Assembly: GCA_902592345.1 (NCBI GenBank)
Contig: CACJEE010000002.1
Span: forward strand, 37,749 to 101,748
Direction of reading: 5' to 3'
Source: an uncultured Alphaproteobacteria bacterium
Lineage (GTDB): Bacteria; Pseudomonadota; Alphaproteobacteria; HIMB59; GCA-002718135
Length of the DNA: 64,000 nucleotides
The translations under genes and the position numbers were made by a program. This document shows positions 43,221 through 51,894 of this stretch, one piece after another; the stretch's first letter is position 1; each line of letters opens with the position of its first letter. The notes below the pieces were generated by a model. The model had not been told where the DNA came from. It did not search any database and saw only the letters and a program-made list of their open reading frames with translations.

Positions 43221-44264
43221 ATGTTCTTAATTAAAAAAACATTTAAAACGTTAAGTACTGTTTTAATTTTTTTATCTTTATCAACATTTAGTCAGTTATC
43301 AAATGCTGGTGAGCTATTGGTTTACTCAAGTACTGATGCAGATAATTTAAAACATTACATGGATGAATTTCAAAAACAACATCCTGATATTAAAGTAAAT
43401 GTTGTGCGTGAATCAACAGGTACAATGGCTGCTAAAATGATGGCAGAAAAAGATAATCCTCAAGCAGACTTTTTATTTGAAATGGCAGCTACTGTTGCTC
43501 TCAATATGGAAGCAGAAGGTATGTTTGTAGAATATACGCCAAAGGGAATGGATGCGATTGATCAACGATATGTTGATAACACTGATCCTGTTACCTGGGT
43601 TGGAAACTATGGTTGGGCTGGTTGCATTTGTTGGAATAGAATAGAAGCAGAAAAACATGGTCTACCAAAACCTACAAGTTGGGCTGAGTTAACAAATCCA
43701 ATTTATAAAGGTCACATTTCTATGCCTAATCCTGCATCATCTGGTACAGGCTTTTTGGATGCCTCTAGTTGGATTCAAATATGGGGTGAAGATAAAGCAT
43801 GGGAATACATGGATGCTCTTCATGAAAATATAGGTGTATATACTCACTCTGGTTCTAAGCCTTGTAAACAAGCTGGTTCAGGTGAATTTGCCATTGGTAT
43901 TTCTTGGCCAGGTAGAGCGATTAAAGTTATCAAAGCTGGTGCACCAATTGATATGATCATACCTGATGAAGGAATAGGTTGGGAAATGCAAGTGGTAGCA
44001 ATAATGGAAGGCACAGATAATCTGGAAGATGCTAAAACATTAATGGATTGGACTTTAGGTGATGGTATGAAATTGTTTGGCGAAAGACAATCAATTATTG
44101 CTGACCCATCAAAAGTAACGAAAGATCCAGAACTGCCAGATTTTTATGATGAAGTACAAGCTAAGTTAATTAATAATGACTTTGTTTGGGCTGCTGCAAA
44201 TAAAGATCGTATCGTTGCTGAATGGAAAAAAAGATACGACGGAAAAACTGAGCCGAAAAGTTAA
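43221..44264 (+). CDS. Periplasmic substrate-binding protein, 2-aminoethylphosphonate/Fe(III) family
   Basis: Start moved to ATG 43221, preceded by GGGAGG, which gives signal peptide MFLIKKTFKTLSTVLIFLSLSTFSQLSNA. Also LVYSSTDAD and NPASSGTGF motifs. Confidence 0.8.
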   Translation: MFLIKKTFKTLSTVLIFLSLSTFSQLSNAGELLVYSSTDADNLKHYMDEFQKQHPDIKVNVVRESTGTMAAKMMAEKDNPQADFLFEMAATVALNMEAEGMFVEYTPKGMDAIDQRYVDNTDPVTWVGNYGWAGCICWNRIEAEKHGLPKPTSWAELTNPIYKGHISMPNPASSGTGFLDASSWIQIWGEDKAWEYMDALHENIGVYTHSGSKPCKQAGSGEFAIGISWPGRAIKVIKAGAPIDMIIPDEGIGWEMQVVAIMEGTDNLEDAKTLMDWTLGDGMKLFGERQSIIADPSKVTKDPELPDFYDEVQAKLINNDFVWAAANKDRIVAEWKKRYDGKTEPKS

Positions 44265-44287
44265 TTTTCTATTTAAATTATAATTAT

Positions 44288-44314
44288 GGGGATGTTTACA
44301 TCCCCATTTTTTTT
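44288..44314 (+). terminator. Rho-independent terminator after the SBP gene
   Basis: GGGGATG-TTTA-CATCCCC followed by A+T8. Confidence 0.8.
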
Positions 44315-44317
44315 ACA

Positions 44318-45160
44318 ATGAGTGAAACTGGAATTTTTTTACTAATCCTTTTTGCAGCATTACTTCATGCTAGTTGGAATATAATAATTAAATCAATTAC
44401 GGACTCTCAAGTAGCAATGTCCTGGAAAATGCTAATTCAAAGCATAGTATTCTTTCCCATTTTATTTTTTGTGCCTATTCCTGAAGGTATAACCTGGTTT
44501 TATTTAATTTTATCGCTTCTATTACATAGTACTTATTTTTTAATTTTAGGAAGCATGTATAATAAAGGAGATATAACTATAATTTATCCTGTCTTTAGAG
44601 GTTTTGCGCCTGTTTTTGTTACAATCTTATCAGTTATTTTTTTACAAGATTATATAAGCATAAAAGGTTTCATTGGAATAAGCATTGTTGTTTTTGGATT
44701 ACTTTTATTAACAAGGGAAAATTATAAAAATAAATTAAATATCAAACTTCTAATTATTTCTTTATTTGTATCCATTATAATTGCCCTCTATACTTTTACA
44801 GATGGAGCAGGAGTAAGAAGTTCTGCTAATGCATTTAGTTTTATTGTATGGAATTTTTTTTTAGGTGGCTGGCTTACTATTAGTTACGTTTATTTAACAA
44901 ACAAAAGTGGTTTATTTAAATTAAAATTAAACCAATTTGTACTAATAACAATTGCTTCTGTTATGTCTTTTACTGCTTATGGTATAATTATATGGAGTAT
45001 GAATCATCAACCAATTGCTTACGTATCTTCTATTAGAGAGTCTAGTATAATTATGGCGTCATTAATTAGTTTTATATTCCTGGGTGAAAAAATTAGGAAA
45101 ATTAGACTAATCTCAGCAGTAATATTTTTCGTTGGTGTTTATTTTATATTTAATTCTTAA
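44318..45160 (+). CDS. EamA/DMT-family transporter (paralog 1)
   Basis: 280 aa, 10 TM. Collinear with the partial ORF at 63164 (PIAYVSSIRESSII). Confidence 0.8.
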   Translation: MSETGIFLLILFAALLHASWNIIIKSITDSQVAMSWKMLIQSIVFFPILFFVPIPEGITWFYLILSLLLHSTYFLILGSMYNKGDITIIYPVFRGFAPVFVTILSVIFLQDYISIKGFIGISIVVFGLLLLTRENYKNKLNIKLLIISLFVSIIIALYTFTDGAGVRSSANAFSFIVWNFFLGGWLTISYVYLTNKSGLFKLKLNQFVLITIASVMSFTAYGIIIWSMNHQPIAYVSSIRESSIIMASLISFIFLGEKIRKIRLISAVIFFVGVYFIFNS

Positions 45161-45169
45161 ATTATTTTA

Positions 45170-45727
45170 CTAAGAATTTGCTTGGAACGAATTTTCTACA
45201 TACTTTCGAAAATGCTCAACTGAAGGTGTTTTTTTATTTAATATTTTTGCCTGATCATCAAGGCGTCTCATTTCCACCGCTTCTTTCATTTGTGGTTTAT
45301 TAATAAATTCTTCCGCTTCTTGTTTAGAAAAAATACCACCTTGCACTTTTAAAGATATTTTTGATGCTCCTGATAATTCATCATAATATCCGTCTTCAAC
45401 TGCTGCAAGATATCGCTTTGATGCAACGTGTGCTCTAATCGGGAGTGTTACCTCTTCCCCAAAATATTTTGATAAGTAATCCGCTCCTAAATCTTCATGA
45501 ACACCATCTTTTCCTTGGTGAATGGGATCATTATCTTCATATAAAAGATGACCAATATCATGAAGCAAAGCTGCTGTTATAAAAGCATCTGATTTACCAT
45601 GTTGCTCTGCTAATTCCGCGCATTGAAGGGCGTGCTCTAATTGTGTTACAGCCTCATTGCCGTATTGAATATCGGAACCTTTTTTTTCTAATAATTCAAG
45701 TAAGTAGTTAACAATGTTATCTGACAT
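45170..45727 (-). CDS. phnZ: HD-domain diiron oxygenase, PhnZ-like
   Basis: 185 aa. YGNEAVTQLEHALQCA...LLHDIGH...HVASKRYL closely parallels the PhnZ sequence as recalled (YIGEAINQLEHSLQCA...LLHDLGH...HVAAKRYL). Confidence 0.72.
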   Translation of the reverse strand: MSDNIVNYLLELLEKKGSDIQYGNEAVTQLEHALQCAELAEQHGKSDAFITAALLHDIGHLLYEDNDPIHQGKDGVHEDLGADYLSKYFGEEVTLPIRAHVASKRYLAAVEDGYYDELSGASKISLKVQGGIFSKQEAEEFINKPQMKEAVEMRRLDDQAKILNKKTPSVEHFRKYVENSFQANS

Positions 45728-45886
45728 AAAATATAATCTAAATTATAAAAATATTCATGTCTATAAAAAACCTTTTAAACCTTCAGCTTTCTAAAATATA
45801 TTTTTAAGATATATTGGACATTAATTTTTATATAATAGTTTTTTGTTGACCATTAGCAATTATACTTATTAAACATAAATATTAAA

Positions 45887-46651
45887 ATGAAATTAAAAAA
45901 TAAAAATGTAATTATTACAGGTGGTGCTTCGGGGATAGGAAAAGCAACTGCAGAATTATTTTGTAATGAAGGCGCAAAAGTTGCGATCATGGATATTAAT
46001 AAAGCTGAGGGAGAAAAGACAGTTAGTCAAATTAATTCAAATAATGAAAAGGCATTTTTCTTTCACACTGATTTAAGAAAATCTAGTGAAGTCAAAAAAT
46101 CAATTAATCAAATTTTAGATTTATTTGGAACACTCAATATTTTGTTTAACCATGCAGGAACAATAATAGTTAAGCCACTTCATGAATCTTCTGAAGAAGA
46201 TTATGATTATTTGATGGATATTAACGTTAGATCAGCCTTTCTTGTTTGCAATGAAGTAATTCCCTCAATGTTAAAAAATAAAGGGGGAAATATAATTATT
46301 ACTTCATCAATTGGAGGAGAAAAAGGCTTTGCTTTAGAATCCTTATACTGCATGACGAAGGGGGCTGTTTTACAATTAGCTAGATCAATTGCTGTTGAAT
46401 ATAGAGATCAGGGAATTAGATGTAATGCAATCTGTCCAGGATTTGTTAAAACTAATCACGGATTGAGAGAAATAAAAGAATTAGATGAGCAAGGACAAAA
46501 TTGGGATGAAAAAGATTTGCATTCTGTTCAGGGAAGAATATGTAAACCAGAAGAGATTGCTTCTGCGGTTTTATACTTAGCGTCTGATGATTCTAGTTTT
46601 GTTAATGGAACTGCTTTGTATGTTGATAATGGTTGGTATGCTAAAGGATAA
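45887..46651 (+). CDS. Classical short-chain dehydrogenase/reductase
   Basis: TGGASGIGKA, NHAG, S...YCMTK. 3 nt upstream of the ABC ATPase. Confidence 0.9.
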   Translation: MKLKNKNVIITGGASGIGKATAELFCNEGAKVAIMDINKAEGEKTVSQINSNNEKAFFFHTDLRKSSEVKKSINQILDLFGTLNILFNHAGTIIVKPLHESSEEDYDYLMDINVRSAFLVCNEVIPSMLKNKGGNIIITSSIGGEKGFALESLYCMTKGAVLQLARSIAVEYRDQGIRCNAICPGFVKTNHGLREIKELDEQGQNWDEKDLHSVQGRICKPEEIASAVLYLASDDSSFVNGTALYVDNGWYAKG

Positions 46652-46654
46652 CAA

Positions 46655-47665
46655 ATGAGTCTCTCACCTAAACTTATTTGTAAAAATGTTTGGAAATTAT
46701 ATGGAGATAATCCAAAAGAATTTTTAAAAAGTCACAATAATAATCCTGATAAAGAAATAATAAAAAAAAGTGGTTACATTCAAGCAATTCGAAATGCCTC
46801 ATTAGAAGTTTATGAAAATGAAATTCTAGTAATAATGGGTCTAAGTGGTTCAGGAAAATCTACTTTGGTTAGATGTATGTCAAGATTAGTTGATCCTACA
46901 ATAGGAGAAATTTTTTTTGAAAATATTGATATGGGAAAGTTATCAAAAAATGAATTAATAGAAATTAGAAGACATAAAATGGGTATGGTGTTCCAACACT
47001 TTGCACTTTTTCCTCACCGAACTGTTATAGAAAATATTGCTTTTCCTTTAGAAGTTCAAGGGATCAAAAGAAAAGAAAGAGAAAAGTCTGCTTTAGAAAT
47101 AATTGATCTAGTAGGATTACAAGGAAGAGAGAATTATTTTCCAAAAGAACTTTCGGGAGGTCAACAACAAAGAGTTGGTATAGGTCGTTCATTAGCTGTT
47201 AAACCAGAGTTATGGTTTTTAGATGAACCATTTTCTGCCTTAGACCCACTAATAAGGAAAGAGATGCAAAATGAGTTTTTAAAAATTCAAAACTCACTTA
47301 AAAAAACTATTATTTTTATAACTCATGATTTTGATGAAGCGATTAAATTAGCAGATAGAATCATTATTATGAATGAAGGAAGAATAGTGCAAATTGGAAG
47401 CCCTGAAGATTTAATTATGAAGCCTGCAGATGATTATGTAAAAGAATTTACTGAAGACCTTCCAAGAGAGAGGTTGTTATCTGTAAAAAGTATAATGGAC
47501 ACTAAAAAAGAGCCTAATAATTCTTCAACAGTTTATGAGGATGAAAAAATATTTTCAATTCTTGAAAAAGTTCTCTCTGAGGGTTCTGTTTCAGTTCTTG
47601 ATAAATCAAATAATATTATTGGCTCACTTAATAAAGAAACAGTCTCAAAATTTATTAATAATTAA
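46655..47665 (+). CDS. proV: Glycine betaine/quaternary-amine type ABC ATPase
   Basis: GLSGSGKST, LSGGQQQR, WFLDEP. Short CBS-like C-terminus. Confidence 0.85.
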   Translation: MSLSPKLICKNVWKLYGDNPKEFLKSHNNNPDKEIIKKSGYIQAIRNASLEVYENEILVIMGLSGSGKSTLVRCMSRLVDPTIGEIFFENIDMGKLSKNELIEIRRHKMGMVFQHFALFPHRTVIENIAFPLEVQGIKRKEREKSALEIIDLVGLQGRENYFPKELSGGQQQRVGIGRSLAVKPELWFLDEPFSALDPLIRKEMQNEFLKIQNSLKKTIIFITHDFDEAIKLADRIIIMNEGRIVQIGSPEDLIMKPADDYVKEFTEDLPRERLLSVKSIMDTKKEPNNSSTVYEDEKIFSILEKVLSEGSVSVLDKSNNIIGSLNKETVSKFINN

Positions 47666-47727
47666 ATATTATATAAATAATCTTTATACTTTTATAAAAA
47701 AATCTAAGAGCTATTGTGCGTTTTTAG

Positions 47728-47753
47728 TAGTTTTATTTAATAGTTTTATTTAA
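47728..47753. repeat. Perfect tandem duplication of 13 bp (tagttttatttaa x2)
   Basis: Read directly in the 119-bp proV-proX spacer. Confidence 0.9.
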
Positions 47754-47784
47754 TATTTTGTAAAATTTATTACTGGGAGGTACA

Positions 47785-48732
47785 ATGAAAATTCTTAAAA
47801 ATAAATTTAATATATTATTAAGTTTTATTTTTATTCTATTTGCACAAAATATATATGCAGTAGAATCAAAAGATCCAATTAAGCTAACTTTGCATGATTG
47901 GACAGGTCAATTGATTACAACTAATATTATGGCTGAAGTTCTTAAGGAAGCAGGCTACAATATAGAACTTGTTCCGGCAGATTATATTGCACAATTTGCA
48001 GGTCTTCAGACAGGCGATCTTCATGTAGCAATGGAAATGTGGGAAACAACTGGTCGTGATGCAATCGATGAGTATACTGCTGACGGAAGAGTAGTCAATG
48101 TAGGTAGTACAGGAATGGATGCAATAGAAGAATGGTGGTATCCTTCTTACATGAAAGAAAAATGTCCTGGACTTCCAAATTGGGAAGCTCTTAATGATTG
48201 TGCAGAAGCTTTTTCTACACCTGAAACATCTCCAAAAGGAAGATATTTGGGTGGACCAGTAACTTGGGGTGGTTATGATGATGAACGTGTTGAAGCGCTT
48301 GAGTTAGATTGGGAAGTAATTCATGCAGGAACCGATGGTGCTCTTTTTGGTGAATTAGAGTCTGCTTATCAGAGAAAAGCTCCAATAATGTTATGGGTTT
48401 ATGCTCCTCATTGGGCTCCATCAAAGTATGATGGAGAATTTGTAGAATTTCCACCATACACGACTGAGTGTTATACAGATCCGTCTTGGGGTATAAATAA
48501 AAATGCTGCTTATGATTGTGGTAAACCGAGAGGTCCTATTTGGAAAGTTGCTTCAAGCATGCTTAAAGATAAATGGCCAGGTGCTTACGATGCAGTAGAA
48601 GCATTTACACTTGATAGTAATGAAATGGGAAATCTGGTTGCAGCTGTTGATCTTGATGGCAATACTGTAGAAGCTGTTGTCGCAGAATGGATGGCTAACA
48701 ATAAAGATAGATGGGGTACTTGGATAAAATAA
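47785..48732 (+). CDS. proX: Glycine betaine-type (OpuAC/ProX family) substrate-binding protein
   Basis: Signal peptide. LTLHDWTGQLITTNIMAEVLKEAGY and EMWETTG. Trp-rich. Confidence 0.85.
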   Translation: MKILKNKFNILLSFIFILFAQNIYAVESKDPIKLTLHDWTGQLITTNIMAEVLKEAGYNIELVPADYIAQFAGLQTGDLHVAMEMWETTGRDAIDEYTADGRVVNVGSTGMDAIEEWWYPSYMKEKCPGLPNWEALNDCAEAFSTPETSPKGRYLGGPVTWGGYDDERVEALELDWEVIHAGTDGALFGELESAYQRKAPIMLWVYAPHWAPSKYDGEFVEFPPYTTECYTDPSWGINKNAAYDCGKPRGPIWKVASSMLKDKWPGAYDAVEAFTLDSNEMGNLVAAVDLDGNTVEAVVAEWMANNKDRWGTWIK

Positions 48733-48753
48733 CCCTTTAATCTTAATTTTTTA

Positions 48754-48781
48754 GGGGGATTTATATCCCCCTTCTTATTTT
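48754..48781 (+). terminator. Intra-operon hairpin/terminator between proX and proW
   Basis: GGGGGAT-TTAT-ATCCCCC followed by TTCTTATTTT. Confidence 0.75.
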
Positions 48782-48786
48782 ACAAT

Positions 48787-50775
48787 ATGCAGAAAAAAAA
48801 ATTATCAAACAAAATTATTTTTATTTCTCTAACTGTCTTAACTTTTTTTTTGTATTGGTATGGCAAAGAAATAGCAAACTACTTAGATAGTAAATGGCTA
48901 GTAAAGTATCCAAAGCATTATTCATTTCCTTTTGCAATTTATACTTCAACATTTGTTAAATGGTTAATTAATGATGCTAATTTTTGGCTATTTACTTTTA
49001 ATGATCTTACTCGTTTCTTTGCTTGGATTATAGAACAGCCTTACAATATAGTTTTAGCTATATTTTCTAAAGGAATATTAAAAGGACAAGGTCAAGATGC
49101 GATCCAAATCATGGAACCATTAAGTTGGATTTCAGTTGTTGGTATTTTTTTTACCCTTGCGCTTTATACAAGAGATAAGTTTTTAATAATACTTGTTGTT
49201 CTATCAATAGTTTATTTGGCTGTATTTGATCAATGGCAAAGTTCAATGATTACATTATCTTCAATAATTATTGCTGTACCAATTGGAGTTGTTCTAGGAA
49301 TATTATTAGGAATATTATCCTACAAGTCGAAAATTTTAGAAAAAATTATAACTCCAATATTAGACCTAATGCAAACAGTCCCGGTCTTTGCTTACTTAGT
49401 TCCCATACTTGTAATGTTTGGTTTTGGGCCAGTTTCTGCATTAATTGCAACCATAATATATGCAATGCCACCAATGGTGAGAACTACCCTTTTAGCACTT
49501 AACAGTATTGATCCACAATTAAAAGAGAGTGGGCTCATGTCTGGTTGCACAGAAAGACAATTAATGTGGAAGGTTCTGATTCCAGTATCTAAACCAACTT
49601 TACTTATAGGCGTCAATCAAGTGATTATGCTATCACTTAATATGGTTATCATAGCTTCTATGATAGGCGCAGGGGGATTAGGTTACGACGTATTGGCCTC
49701 TCTTAGAAGATTAGATATTGGAGGAGGTATAGAGTCAGGTATAGCTATCGTAGTTATAGCAATAGCTTTAGATCGCTTGAGTCAATCATTTGCAAACTTA
49801 CCCACTCTCTCAAAAAAAACACAGAAAACTTTTTTTACTAAATATAAAAAAATAATTTTCTTAATTTTTTATATAATTGGAATTTATATATTAGGTAATT
49901 TTTTTACTTTTTTTAAATTATTCCCTGAAGAGTTAATGATTAATACTTCATTATTTTGGGAAGAACTAGTTAAATATATAAATATAAATTATTTTGATAA
50001 TCTAGAGAGTTTCAAAATAACTCTATTAACTTTTTTCATGCTTCCAATAAAAAAATTCTTTTTAGGAATTCCCTGGCCATGGTTTATTTTTATTATTACA
50101 ATTATTGGATGGTATTTTGGAAAGACTAAATTAGCATTACTTTGTTTAATGATGTCAATTTTTATAGTGACAACTGGTCTTTGGGAAAAAGCGATGATTA
50201 CACTTTATTTATGTGGTTCAAGTGTAATAATAGCATCTATTATAGGAATTCCTCTAGGGATATGGGCAGGCTTAAGCAGCAGGGCAAATAAAATATTAAC
50301 TGCTTTTATTGATACTCTTCAAACTTTACCAAGTTTTGTTTACTTGATACCTGTTGTAATGCTATTTCGTGTAGGTGACTTTACAGCAATGATTGCTGTT
50401 ATACTTTATGCACTTGCTCCTGCTGTTAGATATACAGCTCATGGAGTAAAAAATATTAATAATCAAATTGTGGAGGCAGCGTTAATAAGTGGATGTTCTC
50501 AAAGACAGTTATTATTTAAAATTAGATTACCTTTAGCCTTGCCAGAAATTTTACTAGGTATTAACCAAACTATAATGCTTGCTTTATCTATGTTAGTTAT
50601 TACTGCATTAGTTGGAACTAGAGATCTTGGTCAAGAAGTTTACATAGGTTTAACTAAAGCAGATATAGGAAGAGGTTTGGTTGCCGGACTATGTGTAGCT
50701 TTTATATCTATAATTGCAGATAGAATAATTAAAGCTGGAAGCAATAATCTTAAAAATAAATATGGAATCAAATAA
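48787..50775 (+). CDS. proW: Fused tandem-duplicated betaine-type ABC permease
   Basis: 662 aa. Two homologous halves, each with DxxQTxPxFVYLxP and an EAA-like loop (SGCTERQLMWKV / SGCSQRQLLFKI). Confidence 0.85.
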   Translation: MQKKKLSNKIIFISLTVLTFFLYWYGKEIANYLDSKWLVKYPKHYSFPFAIYTSTFVKWLINDANFWLFTFNDLTRFFAWIIEQPYNIVLAIFSKGILKGQGQDAIQIMEPLSWISVVGIFFTLALYTRDKFLIILVVLSIVYLAVFDQWQSSMITLSSIIIAVPIGVVLGILLGILSYKSKILEKIITPILDLMQTVPVFAYLVPILVMFGFGPVSALIATIIYAMPPMVRTTLLALNSIDPQLKESGLMSGCTERQLMWKVLIPVSKPTLLIGVNQVIMLSLNMVIIASMIGAGGLGYDVLASLRRLDIGGGIESGIAIVVIAIALDRLSQSFANLPTLSKKTQKTFFTKYKKIIFLIFYIIGIYILGNFFTFFKLFPEELMINTSLFWEELVKYININYFDNLESFKITLLTFFMLPIKKFFLGIPWPWFIFIITIIGWYFGKTKLALLCLMMSIFIVTTGLWEKAMITLYLCGSSVIIASIIGIPLGIWAGLSSRANKILTAFIDTLQTLPSFVYLIPVVMLFRVGDFTAMIAVILYALAPAVRYTAHGVKNINNQIVEAALISGCSQRQLLFKIRLPLALPEILLGINQTIMLALSMLVITALVGTRDLGQEVYIGLTKADIGRGLVAGLCVAFISIIADRIIKAGSNNLKNKYGIK

Positions 50776-50796
50776 ATATTACTTTATTTGATCAAT

Positions 50797-51894
50797 ATGG
50801 ATAAAAAGTTATTAACTCCCGGACCTCTTACTACTTCACTGAGCACTAAAGAGGCAATGCTTCATGATTGGGGATCACGTGATCAAAAATTCATCGATCT
50901 AAATCAATCTATTCGTGACTCATTAATTAAGTTAATTGATGGGGAAGGCAATTATCAATGTGTGCCTATGCAAGGAAGTGGAACATTTGCTGTTGAATCG
51001 ATGATTAGTTCACTAACACCAAAAGATGCTAACATTTTAATTTTAATTAATGGTGCTTACGGTCAACGAATGAAAAAAATGTGTGCGTACTTAAATAGAA
51101 ATATGATTGACTATGAAGTAGCTGAACATGAGCCTCATAATATGAGTAAATTAGAAGAGATTATTGATGCTAATAAGCAGCTTACTCACGTTTTTGCTGT
51201 TTATTGTGAAACTACATCAGGAATCCTAAACCCTATCAATGATATTGCTGATTTAGTTAAGAAAAAAAACTTATCTTTATTTATAGATGCGATGAGTGCC
51301 TTTGGTGCTCTTCCTCTTAGTAGTAAAGATATTACTTTTGATGCTGTTGCAGCTTCATCTAATAAATGTTTAGAGGGCGTTCCTGGTGTTGGATTTATTT
51401 TAATGAAAAATAATGTGATTGAAAAAGCAAAAGGGAACTGTCATTCATTAAGTTTGGATTTGTATGATCAATGGACAGCAATGGAGCAAAATAAACAATG
51501 GCGCTTTACACCACCTACACATGTATTAGCCGCATTCAATCAAGCAATTACTGAACATCAAAATGAAGGTGGAATTGAAGGGCGACACAAAAGATATAAA
51601 AATAATTGTAAAATCATATGTGATGGAATGAAAGAGATTGGCTTTGAACAACTCTTACCTGATGAGTTGCAAGCACCAATTATCATAACTTTTAAACAAC
51701 CAAGTGATCCAAACTTTAATTTTCAAAAATTTTACAATGCTCTTAGTGATAAAGATTTTCTAATTTATCCTGGAAAATTAACTGTCGCTGATACTTTTCG
51801 TATTGGATGTATTGGTAATTTAAATGAACAAGATATGAGAGATACACTTACAGCTGTTAAAGAGGTAATCAACGATTTAAAGATAAGTTTATGA
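50797..51894 (+). CDS. phnW: 2-aminoethylphosphonate-pyruvate transaminase
   Basis: Class V aminotransferase with PhnW-like N-terminus KLLTPGPLTTSLSTKEAMLHDWGSRD. ATG 50797 preferred over TTG 50788. Confidence 0.87.
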   Translation: MDKKLLTPGPLTTSLSTKEAMLHDWGSRDQKFIDLNQSIRDSLIKLIDGEGNYQCVPMQGSGTFAVESMISSLTPKDANILILINGAYGQRMKKMCAYLNRNMIDYEVAEHEPHNMSKLEEIIDANKQLTHVFAVYCETTSGILNPINDIADLVKKKNLSLFIDAMSAFGALPLSSKDITFDAVAASSNKCLEGVPGVGFILMKNNVIEKAKGNCHSLSLDLYDQWTAMEQNKQWRFTPPTHVLAAFNQAITEHQNEGGIEGRHKRYKNNCKIICDGMKEIGFEQLLPDELQAPIIITFKQPSDPNFNFQKFYNALSDKDFLIYPGKLTVADTFRIGCIGNLNEQDMRDTLTAVKEVINDLKISL

